Below, one piece after another: positions 39,101-51,100 of a DNA stretch of 64,000 nucleotides. A program made the position numbers and the translations under genes. The notes beneath the pieces were generated by a model. It searched no databases and was not told the DNA's origin. It worked only from the letters and a program-made list of their open reading frames with translations. The first letter of the stretch is position 1. Every line of letters begins with the position of its first letter. Origin of the DNA: Mytilus californianus (lineage: Eukaryota); contig NW_026262734.1 in assembly GCF_021869535.1 (NCBI RefSeq), positions 21,514,001 to 21,578,000 on the forward strand, written 5' to 3'.

Positions 39101-42100
39101 GGAGAGAATTCTAATGCCAAAATAATATTATAGTGTATATGTTGTAAAACAAATAACAGAAAGAAAATCTTTAGATATGATCAATGATTTTTTATTAAAT
39201 AAAAATGTGACAGAAAAAGTGAATCAACAATATTTTTTATAATTTGATAATATAGATTAAGGATTTTCAGGTGATTTAATTTTGATTTGAAGTTATTCCT
39301 TTGGAATATTTATAGCCACTGTTTTTTTATTAACAGCTGTAGAAGTTTATAAGACTATCAAGAAAGTTTTATACAAGTTTAAGGAAGATGATGACAAAGA
39401 GGTAACTTATGTTTTAATCATCAAGCCAAGAACTTCTTATCAGTCATAATATTTTCAGATATAAAAATTAAGAGTCAGACATTGATATTGCCATTGCAAT
39501 TTTCACTTACAAAATTTGTCTATCTTACTCATAAATATTGAACAGAGAAACTAACCTTGAACGTTGTTCTTATTTCATTTCTTTAAATTGTATCTTGATG
39601 AGTTTGTTTATGGTATCATTTCTATTTATTGATTGTTATTTGTCAATGTTTGTTTCATGTCTAGTGTCAAATTTTTTCATGCATTTTCAAGTCAAGCTTT
39701 TGTATTATAATACATAACTCTTTAATTATACCCCCGCTTTAAAAAAGTGGGGTTATACTGTTTTACCTCTGTCTGTCCTTCGGTCAGTCCATCCATACGT
39801 CAGTCCGTCCGTCCGTCCCATCAATGTTTTTGTCGCATTTTTCTCAGGAACTACTTGACAAGGATTTCTGAAATTTGGATTCAGGGTTTATATAAGTAAG
39901 TTACACCGTGTGATGCGTTTTCAGATTCATCACTCAACAACTTCCTGTTTACCGAACACTTGTATTATTTTACACATGATAGCCAAGTCGAAAATTTTCA
40001 TCACATTTTTCTCAGGAACTACTTGACGGATTTCTGAAATTTGGTTTCAGGGTTTATATAAGTCAGCAATACCGTGTGATGCATTTTCAGATTCATCACT
40101 CAACAACTTCCTGTTTACCGAAATATTTCGGCGGGGGTATCATCAGTGAGCAGTAGCTCACAGTTTTACTTGTTTCTACTGAATTTTCCCCTAGGTTTTT
40201 TCTGTAGTCTTTAATGTGTATTTTGATTTTTTTCTCGAAATTATTTTCAGTTTTAGGTATGTTTTATTTTTATTTTCCAGGCATTTTTGTACCTGTGCCG
40301 TTACCTTTTATGTTCCATGGATTCTGAGGATATAAAGGTTACTCATTTTATTATACATTTTATGATAAGTGAAAAAGATACTGAAGGTTGACTACCATTT
40401 ATCTAGCAATATTTTCATTATCCTTTTCATAAATCCAGATTTTTACTTTAAATTCATCTTTTCAAGACTTCTAGAGGATCAATATCATTTTATCAAATAT
40501 ATATGATTAGATTACAAACAACAAACTTTATATATACCACACATAATACAATAATGTTTTATTAATTTAAAAGTGCTTCAATTTTATATGCAGACATTTC
40601 ATAAAAAAGCACTCTTTTATATAAATTTCTTGTACAGGTGCAAGAGGATTAGATTTACATTATAAGTAACTTTCAGACAGAATCAGACTTGAAGAAGATA
40701 ACTGTGTGTTGTTTATATCATTTTAATTACACCTTCAAATGTATTTAGCATGAAAAATAACCTATCAGTTTATAAAGAAGTCCACAGACTGTTATACTAG
40801 AAACTATATTAATTTTGCTGTAAGGTGTAAGCTATCAGTGTCTGCCTGTAATACTTTTTAGATGAAATTTTATTCATTATCATTAACAATTAGTTCTTTT
40901 TTTATAAATTAAGAGATAATTGTATTATTTTCCAGCTTCAAGTATATTAAATGTCTTTCATTCAAAATGATTATTTGAAATGTCAAACCCGTGGGAACCA
41001 TCTGTTAAACTTTTTCTTTTTTATATGGTTTTAAATTCAATTCAGAATATATCTTGTATGTGTCAATCTGTTATCAGGTTTGTTATATTGCTGTTGCTTT
41101 AAAGAAAGAGTTTGTGTTGTCATGGATACAACAAGTCAAAGATATCAACTGGAAATGTTGTTGTTATTTAAAAGAACTAAAGGTAAGGCATTATAATTAC
41201 AATGGATACACACAGTTGAAGATATCAGCCAAACATTTGTATTTCTAAGAAGCTATGTTGAGAGGTAGTTACCATGTTAAAAAGATAGACAACCATAGTG
41301 ATATATTACTGATACTGTGGATTCATTCATTTTGTGGATACCAATTTTTATGGATCAAGGAAAAATTGTATTTATGTGGATATTTGATTTCCTTGTTTTG
41401 CCAAAGTCTGCATATAAGCCTATAGAAAATTTATACTTCGTTGAAAATTTAAATTTGTGGTTTAATTATACCCACAATCTCCACAAAAATTGGTATCCCA
41501 CGAATAATAATGAATCCAAAGTACCTTATCACTACATTGATCTTGATAATACATAAGATACCAGAAATTACAAAAAATAATTTTTGCATAGGTCAAGGAT
41601 ATCATTGTATAATCTTCTTCACAATTAAATTAAGTGAATTATATTTACATGATGTATTAGGTATGGGTTTTGCTCCCTTATGAAGGTGGTACAGTGACCT
41701 ATAGTTGTTAACATTCTCATTCATTAGTCTCTGGTAGATAGTTGGTTGCATTGGCAATTATGCCACATCTCCTTATTTGTATATATGTCAATTTGAAATG
41801 ATGTATTGTACAGTACAACCAAGATAAATCAGTTAAACATCACTTTTTGTGTTGATTTGTGCACATGTATTAGCTAGCTATAAAACCAGGTTTAATCCAT
41901 CATTTTTTGTTTTCCATTCGTTTGAAATGTTTGAGTTTTTGATTTTGCCATTTGATAAAGGACTTTCTGATTTGAATTTTCCTTGGAGTTCGGTATTTTT
42001 GTTATTTTACTTACTGGTTTTTACACAGGAAATACATGATAGGTTTGTATATCAGTGTGTTATTATCTCAAATCTCCAGCAATCACTCTGATCACAATCC

Positions 42101-45100
42101 AAAACACTAAGTAGAGTGATTTTTACACACAAGAAAAACCCTGTTTGTACTTTAAATCATGACATGATCTGAATTGTTTTATTTTTAGCCAGAGAACCAT
42201 GTTGACTTTAGTGTGATGATGTTATTGTTGAGAGTTTTAATTGTATTTACCAGTACATCTACATGGAAAATAGTTAAAACTACACCAGGTAAATATCTCA
42301 ATTAGGTATTCCACAGGATGTCCCCTCAAACACTATTACTGAGAGTTTTAATTGTATTTACCAGTAAATCTACAAGGAAAATAGTTTAAAGAACACAAGT
42401 TACATATCTTAGAATCTCAATTAGGTATTCCACATGGTTTCCCCATGTATAATATGACTTTAAAGTTTTATTTTTGAACCAAAGACTGAGGTTGTGAGTT
42501 CGAATCCAACTCGGGGCTAGTGCACTCGACTCCAATCTTAATTGACTAGGATTGTTAATTTTCCTACCGAAGGTCGATGGTTCTCTCCAGGCACTCTGGC
42601 TTCCTCCACCAATAAAAACTGACCGCCACAAAATAGCATAATAGTGTTGAAAGTGGCGTTAAACACCAATCAATCAATCAATTTAAATTTTACAGTTTTA
42701 TCATGAAAGACATTTGTTTCTATGAAAAAAAGATTTTACTGAGATAAAATTGGTTCATATAATGTCCTTGCATAAAAGCACAATTTCTACTACCAAAAAT
42801 AATGTATGAATTGTATCTGAGACAGCTGTGGAAACCAACACTCACTTTTGTCTGAAGCATGCAATATATTTATTATTGATTTTACAATGTTTTTCATTAC
42901 AAACATTTTCACTTCTTTTTTCTCTACTTCTGTCAAATAATGATTCCAGATGATAAGTTAAGCATATTTTGCAGCATTAACTTGCATGATAAATTATCTG
43001 CTCATACAACACATCATCAATTATATATCAGAAATAAATATTTTCCAGCACTTGCGCCAGGTTTAAATCAACTCTGTAACAACATCATGGGTGACCTTAA
43101 CACCAGAGGACTCTACCCTATATTGAAGGTTTGTATTTAATTATACTGATCAAAAATATTTGGAACTTATAGGAGGCGGTGTCATCCTAAATTCCCGGAA
43201 ATTAAAAAGATGAATTCTGAATCTGGAAAAAAAACATTCTTTCCTTGAACCCAAAAAATAAATCATTCCTGAGTCATGATAAGTGTAAAACCTGTATTCC
43301 TACAAAAATAAAGGCCCAATCCTGACTTTCTGAAAAAGGTTCTTCTGCCCCTCACTTCTTCATTGCTCGCTTTAAGTGTGTTCTTTTGTATTTTTTCCAG
43401 ATTATAAATTTTATTTTAGGTCATTTTATATCTTTTTTCTTTGGCATACATATTACTGACAATTAGATGTAAAGACTATTTGAAATATCTGGAGCAAATT
43501 TTATTTGTTACAATGGTTTCAAGTATTTTGTAATTTTTATACGACCGCAAAAAATTTTTTGGGATCGTATAATGGTATGATGTCGTTGTCGTCGTCGTCG
43601 TCGTCACCCGAAGACACATTGGTTTCTGGACAATAACTTTTGTTTAAGAGAATGGATCTCTATGAAATTTTTTAAGAAGGTTCAATACCACAAAAGGAAG
43701 GTTGGGATTGATTTTGGGGATGATGGTCCCAACCGTTTATGAATTAAGGGCCAAAAAGGGGCCAAAAACAAGCATTTTTCTAGTTTCTAGACAATAACTT
43801 GTGTGTAAGTGTATTGATCTCTCTGACATTGTACCACAAGGTTCCATATAACAAAGGGAAGGCTGTGATTGAGTTTGGGGTTAATTGCCCAAACATGTAG
43901 GAATTAGGGGCCAAAAAAGGGCCAAAAACAAACATTTTTCTAGTTTCCAGACAATAACTTGTGTTTAAGTGTATGGATCTCTCTGAAATTGTACTACAAT
44001 GTTCCATACTACAAAGGAAAGGCTGGGATTGAGTTTTGGGGTTATTGCTCCAAGGGGGGTTTCAAAAAGGGGGGGGGGATTTTTTTTCCAATTTGTTTAA
44101 GGGATTCATATATTCATTCTGTAGCTGTTGTTGACAAAGGGTATACAAATCCCACTGTGTCAGTGATATGCACTCAATAATGTTTTATTACTTAATTGAT
44201 AATTGTATGTTTCTGATCTTGGATTATATTTGATATGCAATAAACTCATCAAAGATACCAGGGCCCGTATGCATAAAGCTACTTAAGGGAGTTCGCTTCT
44301 CAGTTTCAAAATAATAAGCTTTTTAAAACACTAGTTTATATTGATAGGGGATGAATAGAGGAATCAAAAGAGCAAAAAAAATATATAGGTCAATGTGCTT
44401 GTTTTCGAGATATTAGCCATTGAAATTTTGGCGGGAAAATGTTCTCTCTTGACTTTTCATAGCTTTATTATTGACAAGTTTAAGTTCTCAAAAACTATCT
44501 AAAAATAATTAAAATGTTATAAGACTTTTACAGATGGCTTATCATTATACATGTAAAGGATTTATAAAAAGAAAAATGGGTGTCAATGGGCAAACTTTTT
44601 TGAGACATTCAAATGGATAAAACCAGAGGATTCCGAAAATCTGACAAAAATTCCAAAACATGACAAGCGAACATCCTTTAGTTAAGATTTGTTCCGAACG
44701 AACAGATTTTTCTACATTTCTTACGATAAATGAGTACTACCATTGGATATCTTAACTTAAGTGGTTTTATGCATATCAGCCCAGGCTTATATTAATGTAC
44801 ACCAGACATCCCATTTCCTCTATAAAGACTCATCAGTGACATACGAATCAAAAAAGTTAAAACTTTGTATGACAAGAAAGGAATTTTATTCAATTTTAAT
44901 TAAATAAATAATAAAGAAGAACTTGAAATGAGCCTGTCACATGTACTGCCAAAAAAAAAAGGTTAATTTTCAGGAATGGATATTGATGGCTTTTTCAAAT
45001 CTTTTTGTAGGGTTTATTAACCAGAGGTCTCTCAAGAACCAAGTGTGCTTTTAACCAGACATCACTTTCTGCAATGGTTACTATAGCTTTGAGGTTAGTA

Positions 45101-48100
45101 AATTTTATATACCGTGACAACCTGAAGTCATTGTTTGAACAAAATTGAACAGAAAAAAACTCCAAATTAATTTGCTATACCACATGTATATGTAAGTAAG
45201 TTTTGACTCAGAGGTGCCAGAAATTATTTCAAAAATCAAAGGACATTCTTTGCTTACATCTTTGTCATTTGGTGTCTGGTGGATAGATGTCTGGTTGGCA
45301 ATCATAGCACATCTTCTTATTGACTGTCGCAGCTTGTTCACTCTTGTTTTTAGATAAGTTGGAAATTCAAAAAAATTATTTATGATATTTTTAAGAAAGT
45401 GTGTTCCATTTTTCATTGTGCATTGTATTGATGAAGGTGATTTTTTGACTTATTTGTAGACCACTGATGGCAGCCAACTTTTCAGACAATCTGCTGACTG
45501 TGTTTGTATTAAACATTATGTCTGTCCCTGCTGTTATACATCATGTGTCCAATCTGTCACAAGAGGTAAATATGTCTGTCCCTGCTGTCATACATCATGT
45601 GTCCAATCTGTCACAAGAGGTAAATATGTCTGTACCTGCTGTTATACATCATGTGTCCAATCTGTCACAAGAGGTAAATATGTCTGTCCCTGCTGTCATA
45701 CATCATGTGTCCAATCTGTCACAAGAGGTAAATATGTCTGTACCTGCTGTTATACATCATGTGTCCAATCTGTCACAAGAGGTAAATATGTCTGTCCCTG
45801 CTGTTATACATCATGTGTCCAATCTGTCACAAGAGGTAAATATGTCTGTCCCTGCTGTTATACATCATGTGTCCAATCTGTCACAAGAGGTAAATATGTC
45901 TGTCCCTGCTGTTATACATCATGTGTCCAATCTGTCACAAGAGGTAAATATGTCTGTCCCTGCTGTCATACATCATGTGTCCAATCTGTCACAAGAGGTA
46001 AATATGTCTGTACCTGCTGTTATACATCATGTGTCCAATCTGTCACAAGAGGTAAATATGTCTGTCCCTGCTGTCATACATCATGTGTCCAATCTGTCAC
46101 AAGAGGTAAATATGTCTGTCCCTGCTGTCATACATCATGTGTCCAATCTGTCACAAGAGGTAAATATGTCTGTCCCTGCTGTCATACATCATGTGTCCAA
46201 TCTGTCACAAGAGGTAAATATGTCTGTCCCTGCTGTTATACATCATGTGTCCAATCTGTCACAAGAGGTAAATATGTCTGTCCCTGCTGTCATATATCAT
46301 GTGTCCAATCTGTCACAAGAGGTAAATATGTCTGTCCCTGCTGTTATACATCATGTGTCCAATCTGTCACAAGAGGTAAATATGTCTGTACCTGCTGTTA
46401 TACATCATGTGTCCAATCTGTCACAAGAGGTAAATATGTCTGTCCCTGCTGTTATACATCATGTGTCCAATCTGTCACAAGAGGTAAATATGTCTGTCCC
46501 TGCTGTCATACATCATGTGTCCAATCTGTCACAAGAGGTAAATATGTCTGTCCCTGCTGTTATACATCATGTGTCCAATCTGTCACAAGAGGTAAATATG
46601 TCTGTCCCTGCTGTTATACATCATGTGTCCAATCTGTCACAAGAGGTAAATATGTGTGTCCCTGCTGTTATACATTATGTGTCCAATCTGTCACAAGAGG
46701 TAAATATGTCTGTCCCTGCTGTCATACATCATGTGTCCAATCTGTCACAAGAGGTAAATATGTCTGTCCCTGCTGTTATACATCATGTGTCCAATCTGTC
46801 ACAAGAGGTAAATATGTCTGTCCCTGTTGTTATACATTATGTGTCCAATCTGTCACAAGAGGTAAATATGTCTGTCCCTGCTGTCATACATCATGTGTCC
46901 AATCTGTCACAAGAGGTAAATATGTCTGTCCCTGCTGTTATACATCATGTGTCCAATCTGTCACAAGAGGTAAATATGTCTGTCCCTGCTGTTATACATC
47001 ATGTGTCCAATCTGTCACAATAGGTAAATATGTCTGTCTCTACTGTTATACATCATGTGTCCAATCTGTCACAAGAGGTAAATATGTCTGTACCTGCTGT
47101 TATACATCATGTGTCCAATCTGTCACAAGAGGTAAATATGTGTGTCCCTGCTGTCATATATCATGTGTCCAATCTGTCACAAGAGGTAAATATGTCTGTC
47201 CCCGCTGTTATACATCATGTGTCCAATCTGTCACAAGAGGTAAATATGTCTGTCCCTGCTGTTATACATCATGTGTCCAATCTGTCACAAGAGGTAAATA
47301 TGTCTGTCCCCGCTGTTATACATCATGTGTCCAATCTGTCACAAGAGGTAAATATGTCTGTACCTGCTGTTATACATCATGTGTCCAATCTGTCACAAGA
47401 GGTAAATATGTCTGTCCCCGCTGTTATACATCATGTGTCCAATCTGTCACAAGAGGTAAATATGTCTGTGTTTACTGTTATACATTGATATCTGATATTG
47501 ACAAAACTTTATTATTCCTTGCTTAGTATATTTCTCAGATTTTGATTGGCTTATGACCGTCGTTAAAAAATCCATAGCCCTGGGTATTGCTAACCCATAT
47601 TCCCAGGCGTTGCTACCCATTACCCTGGGGAAATTCACATGTGTTTTCCTTAGTTCTGTGGTTGTTCCCAGTCAAAAATTGAATTCTGTAGATTATCCAT
47701 GATTTCTAAATATATAATCCACTAACGATGCTATCCTATTATGCCGATCATTGGAATTCATTTTAGTAAATGAATCTTTTGGCTACCACATCGCCAATAA
47801 GTCTACATCACCAATGAATGGGACAACTGACCTAGTTATGCAAATGACGAATGTTGATATCACACTGTCTATGACATAATGCTTGGCACGTACATTGAGT
47901 GCCAAATTTGATTTAAACTTTTTTTTTCCTGTTTCCAGATTAAAAGCGTCTTATTTTTTACTACAACTAGGATTTTACCCTAGACCCAGTAAAATATATG
48001 TAAAATTTCCAAATTTCTATAAAAACTTTCTAGATAAAAAAAAAAATGTTGCTTTCACGTTACACTTTGTGCCTGAATTTCCCCCCAAAAAATCGCCTGA

Positions 48101-51100
48101 ATCGGACTAAGACGGGGATAAATTTGTTATATAAGTTCATATCTGTAGATATGGGTATTTTAACACCTTGAAGTACCCCAGTACAATCTGAGGTTGCCTC
48201 AGGGTGTACTTGGTGTACTGGGGTACTTCAGGGTGTTAAAATACCCATATCTACAGATATGAATGTATATAACGAATTTATCCCCGGTCTTAATCTAAAT
48301 GGGCGATTTTTGATTTGATATGAGCGTAGATGACTCACTTTAACTCATGTGCAATACTCATTATCATATGTATGACAGAGGATATTCACAAGGTAAATAG
48401 TGGGTGTCTTTTGAGGATGTCACCTGAGGTAAAAAAAAAATTTTCTGCTGTCATTTATATTATATTGAGGATGTCACCCTAGTTAAACATTTTGTGTCAC
48501 AGCTGTCATACATAATGCAAGTTAACGGTAATGTTAAGAAAACAGACTCTTAATAGTTGCACTTACATTGAAAATCTTTTATATTGTTTTTTTTTCTTCA
48601 AATAGTTGAAATATTGTTGCTAAACTTCTTGTAATTTGTTTTATTACCTAGTACTTTTAAGATAATAAATTTTATAATTTTAGGTCTATTATTCTTTAAG
48701 AAAGAAGCATAAGTAAAAAGGATGATATGTAATTATAAATTGAGGGCTTTTGTCTACCATGCAGCTTTTGTTCTGTGTAGGGGTTGGTACCATAATAAAG
48801 TTAATTGAAGAAATCAAGCTATTATTTTGATGTTAAATCACTCTGAAATGTATAAAGAAATTTAAATTTAGTAGTTAATGCCAATAGATAATCAATTTGC
48901 ACTTATTTTTTCAGTGTCTGACTGTACTGGTAACTCACAGACTATTTAAGAGATCTCTAGATCTACTGTCAAATGAACAAAGTACCAGAATTATTTTCAA
49001 TACCTTAGAAGGAAACTATGCACTATGCTTGCTGGGTGGGTATTGGTTGATTTTTATAAAGATCTTGTTCAACAATAAGAAAGAAACTATACTAATTATG
49101 ATAATTATAATAACTGCCTATATTTAATATGGTTAGCTGTGGTTTAAATGTTGGTGTCAGCTTATTTGAAATTAAAAACAAAAAGTACATGCTTATCATT
49201 TTATGACGACTATAAAATAGGAATGTTAAAGAATTTGCCATTTTTACTTTTTTTAAGACTAATGAGATGGTCTGAAGCTGAAAATTCTGTTTTTTTTTTC
49301 TTTTGCAGCAAACATGGTACATCTTGGTTTTGTAGAATTAGAGGTAAGTGTTTATGTTTATATAATGTCAGAGCAAAAATGCTATGAGGTTGTTTTCCAC
49401 AAGTCAGAAAAATATATGATACTCATTGGATAAGAAATCAAATTAATGAACAATTATTATGTGTAACTTTAATAGTGCATTTGGGGCTAGTATTTCCCAG
49501 TTTCATTATGTTTAGAAAAAAATATGAAAACTATTATCTGACATTGCTTAATGTTTTTGCTCAGATGCTTGTATGCATCAGTTTATTATAATATACTAAG
49601 TGAATTTTGTTGTTGTTGTAATTTAAAATAAACAAGATATATTTCTAAGGAGAAACTGATTATAATGGTAAATTAACATATTTTCAAATGCAGTAGTGTT
49701 GTTCAAACATTGGCCTTTATTTTAAAATACAGACAACTTGATTCAGTATTTCAATATTACATGAACAAGAATTATTATTGTTTCAGGGTCTTGTTGAAAA
49801 TACAATCAAATTTATGGTAAGTAAATGAGTATAAAATAGTTTTGTTTTATTTGTTATTTTCATTGATATGTTATTATAATTGTGATATTCATGCATATAT
49901 AATATATTATCAAGGGGAGATAATTTGATTGATTGTGGCTTGGTTAACTCCAGTGGCAAAAGATAATTTGAAAATATTTAGTAATGAATTATTCTTCTAT
50001 ATAAAATTAAGGAATTGTGGTATGACTGTCAATGAGACAACTATCCACCAGAGTTCAAATGAAGTGGATATAAACAATTATAGGTCAATGAGACAACTAT
50101 CCATCAGAGTTCAAATGAAGTGGATATAAACAATTATAGGTCAATGAGACAACTATCCACCAGATTTGAAATGAAGTGGATATAAACAATTATAGATCAA
50201 TGAGACAACTATCCACAAGAGTTCAAATGAAGTGGATATAAACAGTTATAGGTCAATGAGACAACTATCCACCAGAGTTCAAATGAAGTGGATATAAACA
50301 ATTATAGACTAATGAGAAAAACCCATACTGTATATAGTCAGCTATAAAAGGCCCTGACATGAAAAATGTGAGCCAATCAAGCAACAAAACTACTAGCCTA
50401 ATTTATAACAAAACAATTTACGAAAAACAAATATGACAGACATGAACCAACGACAACCACTGAACTACAGGCTCCTGACTTGGGACAGGCACTTAAAGAA
50501 TGTGATGGAGTTAAACATGTTTGTGAGCGCTCAACCCTCCCCTTACCTAGGATAGTGGTGCAACAGCACAACATAAAAACACACTGTAAAAATCTGTTGC
50601 AATTTTAATAGCTGAACTCAAAAGATTGATACAAGCCTATAAACAATAAACATAAAAACAATAGACATAAAGCACTGATATAAGAGTACTTGCAGTTACT
50701 GAAAGCTAGTTCAAAGCCAATAACATTTAATAAAGAAAACATATTCTTCTTCCAGACTCAAGTATCAGTCAGTACACATCTAATGAATTTATAGTAAGGA
50801 CTTCATAAATTGTCTGAGAAATGCATGACCTTTTAGCAATATATACATCATAACCTGACCTTCAATCAAATTACTACTACTATCTATTCCATAATTAAAT
50901 GATACATTAATTAACGATAGAAAACAACAAATATAACATTCCAACAATCCAAAATCTGGTTGATAGTTTCTTGTTAATGATCATACCATTCTTGTTGTTT
51001 TATTTAATTGTTTAGTGTTCGGTTTATGAAGTTTCTAATTGGTCAACTACTGTTTCAATTATTTGATTTGTTGCTGCAAAAAAATGAAGATTCATTATTT

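Noticed and set aside
42490-42530. Possible tRNA gene (gttcgaatcc)
   Set aside because: There is only a B-box, with no cloverleaf or A-box. It is followed by a SINE body and an (AATC)n tail.
45467-47023. 518-aa stand-alone repeat protein
   Set aside because: Its start is an internal Met of UBE3B exon 10 and its length comes from the array. It is not an independent gene.
45518-47461. CRISPR-like appearance of regular repeats (also 24877-25072 and 50030-50309)
   Set aside because: The units are head-to-tail with no unique spacers, there are no cas genes, and the context is eukaryotic.
46654-47526. 290-aa Cys-rich ORF ([18 protein letters not shown])n resembling a metallothionein or keratin-associated protein
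   Set aside because: It is the alternative reading frame of the 54-bp minisatellite. The unit clearly derives from the UBE3B exon in the other frame.
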